Shown here in pieces: positions 12,818 through 25,330 of a stretch of 64,000 nt of DNA. A model generated the notes under the pieces. It did not search any database and was not told where the DNA came from. It saw nothing but the letters and a program-made list of their open reading frames with translations. The stretch's first letter is position 1. Every line of letters begins with the position of its first letter. Origin of the DNA: Octopus vulgaris (lineage: Eukaryota); assembly GCA_951406725.2 (NCBI GenBank), contig OX597820.1:46066001-46130000 (forward strand), written 5' to 3'. The translations under genes were made by a program, and so were the position numbers.

Positions 12818-13717
12818 TGTTGTCTGATCAATAAGTATTCGGACTGTTGCCATAGTAACGAAGCTAAATTATGCAGAGTAAAGCTGCTTGGCACAGATTA
12901 ACCTTAAACTCTGCTGTGCATGTGCATTAAGTTTTAACGTTCTAGTTCACTTCCGCTGTTTACAGCAGTGCTTGGAAAGATGGGGTGTAGCTTGTGATCG
13001 TCGTTTCACCATGACAGAGAAAGTTGAGCAGAGAATCTGCATCAAATTTTGCCAAAAGCTTGGCGATACTTGTTCAGAGGCTTACGCAAAGTTTTCGAAA
13101 AGTTTTCATCGTTCTCGACGCAATGAAGGAGATCATTGTGTAACTGAAACCCGAGTGCCATTTTGGTCAGCTGAAAGCAGTTTTGGCACAAACTTGGCAA
13201 ACACGCATCTCATATCTAAATCTACACTGATAATGGACTGAACTGAACCGTAACTAATCTGCACATCCACAGACTGTGATTTAACGATTGTGATTCGACA
13301 GGTTCCCCTCACAACTGAACGCACATCTGGAACGTTTTTCTCAGTTCTGCTGGTTGCGAGACTCCCAGAATGTTCGTCAATATCAACATGTTTTCTGCCA
13401 TTTTGGAAACGGTGAACCCTACCTGTACACTTGTGTGCGGCTCACACACTCCTCCCTATACCCTTTCTGCAACTTTGCGTAGGCCTTTGATCAGGTATCG
13501 CCATGATACCTTCCTCTGTCATGTTCAATGCGACGATCACACGCTACACACGTTCCTTCCAAGCACTGCTGTAAACAGCGAAAGTGAGCTAGAACGTTAA
13601 AACTTAGTACGCAAGCACTGGTAGAGTTCAAGGTCAATCTGTGCCAAGCAGCTTTACTCTGCGTGCTTTAGCATCGTTACTATGGCAACAGTCCGGATAC
13701 TTATCGATCAGTCTAAG
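12818..13717. mobile_element. Non-autonomous mariner derivative built from two inverted 5' ends
   Basis: TA on both flanks; ends TGTTGTCTGATCAATAAGTATTCGGACTGTTGCCATAG / CTATGGCAACAGTCCGGATACTTATCGATCAGTCTAAG. The + arm encodes MTEKVEQRICIKFCQKLGDTCSEAYAK; the - arm encodes a decayed transposase N-terminus through ...MRCVFAKFVPKLLSADQ. Confidence 0.85.
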
Positions 13718-13848
13718 TATATTTGAATACGTGATTGTATTAGTATGTTTGTTTCTCTCCCTCTGTCTGTCTTGTCTGTCTTGTCTGTCTGTCTGTCTGT
13801 CTCTCTCCATCTCTCTCTCTCACTCTCTCTCTCCCTCTCTCTCCCTCC

Positions 13849-13935
<87 letters not shown>

Positions 13936-15356
13936 CCTACCTATTTATCTAAGTATCTATCTTTTTTTTTCTTTGTGTCCCACCCATCCCACCTCGAAAA
14001 GAAAAAAACTCTATATTGTATTTCGTCCATTTTTATTCTGTGTTTAGCCCTGTGTGGCCACAATAAAAATTTATCTTTATAATGACGGATGAGGGTCCCG
14101 CAATTTCGTCCTGAGCAACCACACAGATAATTTGTTTACAGTTGTAAGATGTTTTTGTTCACATAAGCTTACTCCTACCATCAAATCAGCATTGTCTATA
14201 CAGGTGCATATGTGTGACACGCGTCAGATGTCGAAATGATCGTAGAGCAACGCGAAAGGAAGTGTTTTGCCCAAGAACACAACGCACTGCTTGGACTGGA
14301 AATCGAAACCACGCTCTCACTGTCGTGGATGCAATACCATAACCACCAGGCCATTCTATTCTAATTGTTAGCAAAGATACAGGGCGCTCAATATTTCTTC
14401 AGCCTAAAGGCAGTTTCGTTGGGTCTGTTGATCCTACATGTCAATGAATTTGAAAATATAATTATTCTAGGTGGTGTGAATCACTTAAAACATCTTTGTG
14501 TATGACTGACATGCATTAGGGTATTCTTTGAAAATTTTAAGGAGTTATTTGAACAGGTATCGCGAAGCGAAAGTTAGTTCTTTTTATTTAAATGTAGAAG
14601 TAAATAACGGATGATATCGTGCTTCTCTTCAAAGCAGGCTTCGCAAAATTTCGATCCGTTCTAAAATGTATTTAAGTATTTTATTTAACACTGTCCATGA
14701 AATGCCTATGACCTCTCCTTTATCTCTCGAAGACAGATATACATGGAAAGTATTGTGCTGTTTTCTGAGAGCTGATGAGATCAAGCTATTAGGCTGGTTT
14801 TTATCAACATAACAAAGCTGCATATATACACATATACACATACATACATACATACATACATACATGCATACATACATATGGTTCAAAGTAATCCCCAAAA
14901 GGAACAAAAACAACAACAAAAAAGATAATGACAAGTGAAGGAACAACAAACAAGGTGTATTAGTTTGATATTCAGGAAAAAAACGAAGTCTTTGACGTTT
15001 CGAACCTACTCTCTCCTACAGAAAAGAATGAGGAAAGAAATAGAGGGAGGGAGAGGAGAAAACAGAAAGAAAAGACGTATTTGGATTAATGGTTGCACAC
15101 ACACACACACAACACATATGTATATAGTCGGTGCACCCACACTAAGACACATCCACAATACACAGCTGTTCATACGCACACCCACACACATACACACACT
15201 GCTTTCTCATCTTTAACTCTTTGTCCCATTGTCTATCCAACATACATACATATAATAGATACTCATTGAGACAGGCATTCTTACGCACCAACCCGCTCAG
15301 TTACATACGTATTCACTCACATAATAAAGCAGTATGGTTTACATACAGGTACATTG

Positions 15357-15388
<32 letters not shown>

Positions 15389-15738
15389 GTACATAGACGC
15401 AAGAATGGCTGTGTGGTAAGTGACTTGCTTACCAACCACATGGTTTCGGATTCAGTCTCACTGTGTGACATATTGGGCAAGTGTCTTCTACTATATACTC
15501 GGGCCGACCAAACTCTTGTGAGTGGAGTTGGTAGATGGAAACTGAAAGAAGCCTGTTGTATATACATGTTTGTGTGTGTGTTTGTCCCCCCAACATCGCT
15601 TGACAACCAATGCTGGTGTGTTTACTAGGCTTACAAAGAATAAGTCTTGGGGTCGATCTGCTCGGTTAAAGGTGGTGCTCCAACATGGCCACAATCAAAT
15701 GTCTGAAACAAATACAAGAATAATTGTACAAGAATATA

Positions 15739-15788
<50 letters not shown>

Positions 15789-15952
15789 TATACGCATACA
15801 AAAGCACGTAGTTATGCCCCCACCACACACACATGCTGATTCATTCAAACAGATATATACATATATTACGCATAGCGAAACTAAAGCAGGTGTATGCAGA
15901 CCTATACTGATACAAATACACACAGGCACACACACACACACACACACACACA

Positions 15953-16001
<49 letters not shown>

Positions 16002-16083
16002 TCACACACAGGTACATACATTCATTATACATCACCCATCTACTAGTTCAAACAGAGAGACGCACACGCGCACGCGCACACAC

Positions 16084-16114
<31 letters not shown>

Positions 16115-17150
16115 AGTACATTCATTCATTCTACATCCACAAGTTAACATGAAGCCTCTTCAAGGTCGTTCAGCCTGCTTGACATAGCAGCCAGTTCCTC
16201 TTTCTTGATGTTTTCAAATACAGCCTAGTGTTTATAAAACAGAAAAGGCGCATTGGACACTATAGTCCATGATATACGATGGTAACAACTGAAACGCCTC
16301 TGAACGTTTGGTTACGAAATGAAAGCAGATCTAAGGTTAAAGAACAACAGGACATAGTAGCAGTAGTACTACAACCACTATCATAACAACAACAACAACA
16401 ACACTTTGACCAGCCAACACTGACTCTGAGCCACTTAGAAACACTCTAGGCAGCGTTTCCGCCTGCTGGTGATAGCAGCCAAATCCCTCTCAAATCACAC
16501 TCTCACCACCTTTGAAAACAAGTATGTACGATGAGGACATACCTGGGCCTAAACAACAACATCACAGATACATTTAAATATATACGTTCACACACGCATA
16601 CACATACGCTCCTTTTGTGAGTCTGCTTGTTGGTCTCTCTCTCTCTCTCTCTATCTATTTTTCTCTCTCTTTCTCTCCCACACACATAACTAGACACAGC
16701 TACACGTGTATAATTCATATCCTATCTCCCGCATTCACATATGGAAGAGTACTCTCACAAACATAATACAACAACTCTATGTGAACTGTCACCGAAAGTT
16801 GACAAAGCACGCATCTACCCGATCGATCTAACCAGCTGCGACACTTATCAAGGGTTCTTCCAGTTGTAGACAATTTAATTCCATGACACGTTCTGACGTC
16901 ATCAGTTATCAATGCACATTTCGCTGATCAATAGAGGCGCATTAAGCCAGGCTCGATGCTGCTTCTGATCAATAACCTTCTTTTTTCTGTAGCTGTATAA
17001 GACTGTCGTTTGTCTGCCGTTGTGAACACGCAACGTCAAAACACTTCAAAGAACCAGATACGGATAATAAAGCTAGCTGTATATAAAAGAGACTGCGGAT
17101 ATGCTGCCACACTTACGTATATTATAATACATACATATATACATACACAC

Positions 17151-17212
<62 letters not shown>

Positions 17213-17296
17213 AAATAGATTTAAATAAATTTAAATACTAAATATTAGTAAACTTAGCTTTGAGAGTAATATAAGAGTGTCGATATATATAAAAGA

Positions 17297-17510
17297 AACT
17301 CATATTATGCGGAGAGAATCCCTGGAGAAGGACATCATGCTCGGAATGGTCAGTGGCAAGAGAGTAAGAGGCCGACCAAGAACCCGCTGGCTTGACACCA
17401 TCAGGAGTGATACTGGAATGGACATGGCCAGTCTGAAGGAAGCGGCCCAGGATAGAACTGAATGGAGGACACTGATCCAACGAGTGACCGAGAGTCGACT
17501 GAGCGGATAG
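17297..17510 (+). mobile_element. RTE-clade LINE 3' end
   Basis: HIMRRESLEKDIMLGMVSGKRVRGRPRTRWLDTI...AQDRTEWRTLIQRVTESR, the typical RTE ORF C-terminus. Confidence 0.9.
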
Positions 17511-18134
17511 AGAGAGATAAAAGAAACCTGTCGTGTATATATGAATATATATATATGTATATGTATATCTATGTATGTGTGTATTTGTGCCTGTGTTTGT
17601 CCTCCTACCACCGCTTGATAAACGGTGTTGATATGTTTATATTTCTGTAACTTAGCAGTTCGGCTAAACAGAGCGATAGAATAAGTATCAGGCTTAAAAA
17701 ATAAAAAGTAATAAGTTCGATTTATTCGACAAAAAATTCTTCAATTTTATATTTTTGATGCGTGGAAAAATGAGGAGAGTATCTCGTGATCGCTTGAGAA
17801 ACGTTTTCACAGCTTGTTGACAGCTCTTCGGAGAAAACGTACGTGGTTTTCTACCCAAATTACAAACAGTCACATGCGCGCGCACACTGAAAGTGTGCAC
17901 TTACCAAAACATCCAGTCATATGCAGGCACATTAATATAGTCAGATATATATATACTCACTCACACATCTCACAAGCATACGCAAATGCTCATAAGCATA
18001 CACATAAAACATACACACATATTCATTAGCAGGCAGATGAAGGCACACGTAAATACCTAAAGTGACACGTTTCAACAATTGTGAAAATTTCTTCATATGA
18101 AACCATTGGTTGCTTTGTTAAACCACAAATAAAA

Positions 18135-18185
<51 letters not shown>

Positions 18186-18231
18186 TACTTGTTTCAGTCA
18201 TTTGACTGCGGTCATGCTGGAGCACCACCTT

Positions 18232-18400
18232 TAGAGTGGTGAAAGAGTACAGCAGGGATCACCACCATCCCCTGCCGGAGCCTCGTGGAGCTTTTAGGTG
18301 TTTTCGCTCAATAAACACACACAACGCCCGGTCTGGGAATCGAAATCGCGATCCTACGACCGCAAGTCCGCTGCCCTAACCACTGGGCCATTGCGCCTCC
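18232..18400 (-). mobile_element. tRNA-derived SINE (fourth family), 5' part
   Basis: Minus strand GGAGGCGCAATGGCCCAGTGGTTAGGGCAGCGGAC...TTCGATTCCCAGACCGGGCG; relatives at 28846-29140(+) and 54728-55095(+). Confidence 0.75.
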
Positions 18401-19475
18401 ATATATATTTATATATATATATAAATATATATTCTTGTAGTCTTTTACGTGTTTCATTCATTAGGCTGCAGCCATGCTGGGGCACCGCCTTGAAGAATTT
18501 TAGTCGAATATTTTTTTATCTTGGTACTTATTCTATCGCTCTCTTTAGCCGAACTGCTAAGTTACAGGGATATAAACACATCAACACCGGTTGTCAAGCG
18601 GTGGTAGGAGGACAAACACAGACACAAAGACACGCACACATAGATATACACATATTCATATATATACGACAGGTTTCTTTTTGTTTCTCTCTACCAAATC
18701 CACTCACAAGATTTTGGTCGGCCCGGGCTATAGTAGAAGGCACTTTCCCAAGTTGTTACATAGTGGGACTGAACCCGGAACCATGCGGTTGGGAAGCAAG
18801 CTTCTTACCACACAGCCACACCTGCGCCTATATATAATTTTCACAAGGAAAGGTTGATAATTACTTCAAAGTTTTGACTTTGAAACCTTGGTCGGAAAGT
18901 GCGATGAAAGTTAACGTAGTCGAATGTCAACAGGACCGAAATAATTGTCAACTTGTAAAAAATATATAAACGAATACATGCTAATCTACTGAATAATACT
19001 GAACGAACTTTCAATTTCACGTTTGACTCATTTTATATATAATTATAAATGCTAACAGACATTAATGCAGGCGCGCACACGCGCGCACACACACATGATT
19101 TCCAAATTTCCAAGTATTATCAAATAACGCTTTCTCCATTACTATAACCAGTCGGTCATGCGCACTGAAAGTTCGTGCCTTCCCCTTTTACTGCCTTTTC
19201 GCTGTACTGATATGTGTGTGGATTGCTGGGTGTGCGTATTTCTGAGGAGTGTGCAGTACTGTTATTATTTTTGTGAGGATTGGAGGGTTGTAGGCTCCTC
19301 CAAGCCTACATCAGTTTATTTTAAGGGAGTTAGTCTCTTGTTTCTTCTTACATTAGTGTACTTTACTTCGCGTGATTTGTGTAATATAGGTTGTATTATT
19401 TTCTTGGGCCTTAATCTTGTATAGTGCATGTTGCATGAATTGTGTTATTTTCAATTATTAGGTGCAAAATGTATC

Positions 19476-19882
19476 TATTTCTTTATTGCCCACAAGGGGC
19501 TAAACATAGAGGGTTCAAACAAGGACAGACAAATGGATTAAGTCGATTACATCGACCCCAGTGCGTAACTGGTACTTATTTCGTCGATCCCGAAAGGATG
19601 AAAGGCAAAGTTGATCTCAACGGAATTTGAACTCACAACGTAGCGACGGGTTAAGTACCTATTTCTTTACTACCCACAAGGGGCTAAATACAGAGAGAAC
19701 AAGCAAGGATAGACAATCGGATTAAGTCGATTATATCGACCCCAGTGCGAAACCGGTACTTATTTAATTGACCCCGAAAGGATGAAAGGCAAAGTCGATC
19801 TCGGCGGAATTTGAACTCATAACGTAACGGCAGACGAAATACCACTAAGCCCGGCGTGTAAACAATTCTGCCAGCTCGCTGT
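19476..19882 (-). mobile_element. Tandem dimer of the Nin-core SINE (full unit plus headless unit)
   Basis: Two consecutive cores; junction on the minus strand AAAGAAATAGGTACTTAACCCGTCGCTACG near 19640-19670. Confidence 0.8.
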
Positions 19883-21199
19883 CTTAAATGTGGTGCAAAA
19901 TAGGTGCAAATAAATAGGTGCAAAAATAGCTGCACCTTAAATAGGTACAAAATGTATTGAGCACTCTATGTATACATTGACGTACATGCATAAATATGCA
20001 TATACTTCTGTTTATACATTGACGTACATGCATAAACGTATTTGCAGACATACATCCACATATTTATAGACAAGGATACACATATTCATGCATGTGTAAA
20101 AAATTCCATACTGTGAAACTGAGAACTAGTGTTATAGATAAAGATTTAAAGAGTGTGAAACGAGATACACAAATGGTGTGAAAGAGATAGACACGTAGAC
20201 ACTCAAACAGACAGTCCGATAGATGAATAGATGGATAGACAAATAGACAACAGACGGATAGTTAATTTTATATGTATAAATGTATTTATCTGTATATTAA
20301 GTCAGGTCACTCTTAGTGTTACTGGGAACTTGTAACTCAGTAGAACTTGTATCTCCGGGGAATCATCGGTGACTAAACCAGCAACACTATCAAGCCTGCT
20401 TGGGAAAGAAAGTGATTTTTGTTAGTGAGCAAGTGGGACGAAAAACAGAACCTGTCAAAAGACAGACGAACTTAGTAGAGTCAACGGTCATCCAAAATCT
20501 GGGAGTGAGATATTCCTAGTTTTTGTTTAGACATCTTTCAAGGAGTAAATTCCGAAATAACACCTGCCTGACTGTGAAGTCGAAAATCTCGCTCTTGCTT
20601 GTTTCTGGACTACTTGGCTTTGTAGGTTAGAGACTTAGCGGTTATTTATCTTCTGATTTCTGCTACGTTGTGCATACATGTGACTGTGTGTATGTGCGCA
20701 CATGTGGACTCAGAAAGTAAAGACGGACGAAATGCCACTAAGCATTTTTCTCGGCATACTATTGATGCGTGCATGTGAGCAAGATTCGTTGATTCTGTCG
20801 TCCCTAGTATTTTAGAAGTACTTTATTTTATCAGGATCGGGAGAATGAAAGGCAAAATTAACCACAGTGGGATTTGAACTCTGAACGTAGAGAGTTGGAA
20901 GAATTATCATAAAGTATTTTGTTTGAAGCTTGAACGAATCTACGAATTCACCTCCATAATACTAATAATAATCATAAAAATGATAGTAATCCTTTCTACT
21001 ACAGGCACACGGGCTAGAATTTGGGGGACGAGGATAGTTGATGACATAGACCCAGAGTTCAAAAGAATGAAGGGAAAAGTCAACTTCGGTGGAGTTTAGA
21101 CTCAAAACGGAAAGACGAACGAAATATCGTTAAACATTTTGCCTAGCGTGTTGACGATTCTTCTTGCTCGCCACCGTGATGATGATGATAATGATGATG

Positions 21200-21612
21200 A
21201 TGATACGAAAAGAAACACAAAACGCCATAACAAAACTCATAACACTAGACACTGCTCTAAAAATAACTCTTCTAGGAAAAGCACACATCTTCTGCAAGAC
21301 ACTATCAATTCGCTAGAATATCCTATACGATTCAATGGAATAGCTCAAACAGAACTATCTTTACACAACTTATACCTCATAAATAAGCACCTAATAATTG
21401 AAAAAAACACAATTCATGCAACATGCACTACACAAGATTAAGGCCCAAGAACTTATATTACACAAATCACGCGCAGCAAAATACACTAATGTAAAAAAAT
21501 ACAAGAAACTAACCCCCTTAAAACAAACTGGTGAAGTACACTAAAAGGAGGAGCCTACAACCCTCCAATTCCCACAAAAATAATAACAGTACTGCACACA
21601 CCTCAGAAATAC
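21200..21612 (+). mobile_element. R4/Dong-like LINE ORF end plus 3' UTR
   Basis: Translates ...KITLLGKAHIFCKTLSIR*; the downstream UTR (GGAGGAGCCTACAACCCTCCAAT...AATAACAGTACTGCACAC) has an inverted copy at ~19230-19440. Confidence 0.65.
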
Positions 21613-21759
21613 GGAGATGCACCAGGTGGTGCAATAGAAACTGGCATTAAATTACTGAATAACAGCAACAATGATAAACGATTTTCTTTTATTTGACGTT
21701 ACAAAGACAGTTTACAATTTGTGTGGCGGTTTACATTAAAGATAAGAAGAAAGAAAAAA

Positions 21760-22080
21760 GAGAAAACAAGATAAAAGTATACATAGTATGCAAAACATGT
21801 GAACACTCTTTTGATTCAGTCCTACTGGCAAAGAAAAACCTCAATTAGGGCCTATCAAGCAACACCACAGATCAAAAATGCCCCTGACCACCAAAAGCAC
21901 AAACTCATGCCCAACTGTTGTTCTCCAATCTACGGGAGCATGCTTAGAGTAGGTCCACCCACCCTGACCATTTTTGCCATAGTTACCCATCTGCTTTACT
22001 AATTCACAGGGAGAAAGCACTTTCCTCCCCACCTTCACTTTCCTTTCCAAGTGGAACCTAAAAAAAGTCGATGAGGGCTT
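21760..22080 (-). mobile_element. Tx1/L1-like LINE 3' end
   Basis: FFRFHLERKVKVGRKVLSP...WVTMAKMVRVGG parallels YLKRKIRVEREVLSS...KVARMGRVNG at the end of the 50040-50690 fragment. Confidence 0.55.
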
Positions 22081-22619
22081 AACCGAAGAGGATGGTGTTT
22101 TTCTTTAATTCTTTTTGTCTCATTCGCTGCGCAAATTCTTTCGCCATAGCTACTAGACAGAGGAACTCCGCCTACCATACCATGTTAAAGGTGGGTGGTG
22201 GGTGAATCTCACGATTGACCCGGTCAATAAATAATAGAAATATAAGTTCAATGCAAGGCGTCGAGCTGGCAGAATCGTTAGCATACCGAGGAAAATGCAT
22301 AGTGGCATTTGGTCTGTCTTTACTTTCTGAGTTCATATTTTGCTGAGGTTGACTTTGCCTTTCATCCTTTCGGCGTCGATAAAATAAGTACCAGTTGTGT
22401 ACTGGAGTCGCTGTAATCGACTTATCCCCTCCCACAAAATTTGAGGCTTTGTGATATTATTATTATTGTTATTATCATTGAGTGAGAGTGCAGTACATGC
22501 CATCAAAGTGGTACTGGGGTAAAATAAACATGATAACACTTCCAATCAGTTAAGATCAGAAGCCACAAGAGCCACTGCGTCGTACTGCATCAGGGCATTT
22601 TGTCATTATTATCATTATT

Positions 22620-22882
22620 ATTATTACATGAATTCATCAGAGAGAGAAGAGCAAAGCCAATGGCCTATTTGAGGACATTGGCTCTCGCAGGAGGAAGTTT
22701 TCCCCGACCATGTCTCTGACATGAATACTTACAACAGAGCGCTCTCCGCTAAAGGCACCCAAGAACTGAAGTGGGGGGAGACTGAGATTTATATTGGACT
22801 ACGAATTAAGTCTGCCAGAGGAACATAACGGATAAGGAAGGATAGCGTTCATGGTCTTTGTAAGCTATTACTAATCGATGAG
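22620..22882 (-). repeat. Retroposon 3'-end-like repeat abutting (TAA)n
   Basis: About 260 bp highly similar to 44935-45198; both start (TTA)n-CATGAATTCATCAGAGAGAGAA. Confidence 0.7.
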
Positions 22883-22930
22883 TACTGCCCAGTACTGCAT
22901 CAGGGCATTATTATTATTATTATTATTATG

Positions 22931-22993
<63 letters not shown>

Positions 22994-25039
22994 GTGGTAG
23001 TGGTGATGGCGTGGTAGAATCAATTAGGCATCAATAAAATGCTTTTAAAATATTTGTTCCAGCTCTGTACATTCTGAGTTCATACCTTGTAGGGGTTGTC
23101 TCTACTTTTCATCCCTTCGAGATCGATAAATGTAAGCACAAGTTTAACATTCGAGTTGATGTAATTGACTTTCCGTCTCCTCTCAAAATTTCTGGCCTGG
23201 TACTGAAATGAGAAAGAATATAAGGTCAAAGGGCGGTGGATTTGCTGAATCTTTAGAGCAACAACCAAAAATTCTTGCAGTATTTAACTTTAGCATTTTA
23301 CACTCTGAGCTCAGATCCTGTCAGAGTAGACGTTGCTTTATAATCTTCTGGTATTAAGGGGCTTAAGCACCAGCCAAGTATTGAGTTGATTCAATTGATT
23401 ATTGTTTCCCCTCTTCCCCCTAATTGTATGTCTTTTGTCTATATAAGAAATCAATATAACGGTTTAAATTACTTGCACAATATATTGTTTCCAAAGCAAG
23501 TTTCAGCTTGAGAAATTATAGGGTACAACAAACCTAAGGGCAGCTCTTCACAGCTGTAATCCAAAATAATTATAAATAACAAAATCTCAAATAAAATCTA
23601 GTTTTACCTGTTATTTTATTGAATCTTTTTCACTAGTTTGATTTCTTTATTTTCTTTTTATTTTACTATTCTCTGCTGTAGAGTACACCCTCATGTTCTT
23701 CACTTTCTATGGACGGTTTTTATAACAATTTAGATGGAAATAGATTGCAAGTCTCTCACACAACTCTTCTCCATTTCTTGGAAAAATTAGACGTTTCTTG
23801 TGGTTCCCGACCCTCCCACAGTTCAGCGTGACCGATTCTGAAAGAGAAGAATCGAATTCAAGACTTGTCTGGTACTTTATTGTTATCGACAATGAAGTCC
23901 TAGAATGCAAAGCAAAGTTGACTGGCGAGGTTTGATCTCAGATACTAACGAACAGAAATAATTACGCACTGCTGTTTTTACTCCTGATGCTTGAACTATT
24001 CTCCTAATCCACCATTAACCCAATATTCAGATAAATACCACTCCTAATACATTTTATTCGCTGAGTTTCATGACCAGCCAACATAATATTCATTGTAACT
24101 GCTTGTTTCAGCTCAGTTTGTTTCTTATATAGATAGAGGAGGACGGCTAACTGGAAAATTCTTTAACACGCCAGAAAAATTGCTTAACGACATTTCCTTC
24201 CACTTTACCTTCTAAGTTTAAATGCCGCTGAAGGTTGACTTTGTCTTTCATCCTTTTGGGGTCGATAGAAGCAAGTACTAGAATTGAGGTAATCGACTTC
24301 ACCCTCCCTTCGGTATTGCTGACCTTACGCCAAAAATTAGAAAGAACAAGACCATTCAGAGAGCGCAAACCTCTTCCAAGGCAACACCAACGTCCTCTCA
24401 ACGTTTAGCCGGAGATGATTTTTAAAATGAGAATATCTGAAATAAACTCGACTGCTCTCAAAAATTAAGTTAAAAAACCGGAAAAATAATCCAGAATCCT
24501 TGTCCGGTATCGGATCGATTCCAAAATCTAATCAATGCGTGCCAGTTACGAGGCCAAATATCCCTGAAAGTTTCATCCGAATCCATCCAGTGGTTCTTGA
24601 GATATCTTGTCCACGGCCAAACAAGCAAACAAATGCGACTGAAAAAATTCCTCCACCTTCGCTAAGACGGAAGTAATTATACAGAGTAAAAGGTAGTGAG
24701 CTGACATAATCATTAGGGCGTCAGAAAATTGCTTTACTGCGTTTCCTTTTGGCTCTTTACATTGTGAGTTTAACTCCCGTCGAGGTCAACTTTGTCTCTC
24801 ATCCTTTCGGGCTCGGTAAAATAAAGAACCAGTTTAACACCCGAAGTTGATTTAATCAACTAATATTGTCCCTTCAAAATTGTTTGCTTTGTGCCAATAT
24901 AAGAAATAATTGTATAGACTGAGAACTGGTTCAGAATAGCAGAAGCCGATATGAAAGCGTTAGATGAAATAATCATCTGGATCACCTAGATTGGCCAGGC
25001 TGTCTAGTGCCGAGTCGACTCTACTGGCCACAGTATTTG

Positions 25040-25330
25040 TTCCATTACCCGAGTAGTCCTTTCTCTTCACGCGAGTACTACTCGACAACTGCACGGGTTC
25101 ACCAATTGTCTGTGAACCTTGCGACATGATCGGCCCATTGTAGCTTTGCGTGGTGGTATTCTGCGACAACGTCCTTCAATCCAGTTCTATTGTTGATCTC
25201 CTCATTCCTGATGTGATCTCTTAGCGAGATTCCCAACATCGACCTTTCCATGGCTCTCAAAGCCGTAAGCAGATATTGTTCTCTCTTCGTCAAGGCCCAA
25301 GTCTCACATGCGTATAGCGTCAACCTCTTC
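25040..25330 (-). mobile_element. RTE-clade LINE fragment (post-RT region)
   Basis: LYACETWALTKREQ...AMERSMLGISLRDHIRNEEINNRTGLKDV...KLQWADHVARFTDNW. Confidence 0.9.

Noticed and set aside
17010-17213. ORF containing DCGYA, similar to the CGY motif ending exon 1 in homologues
   Set aside because: No splice donor directly after the motif, no signal peptide, and it runs into (TA)n.
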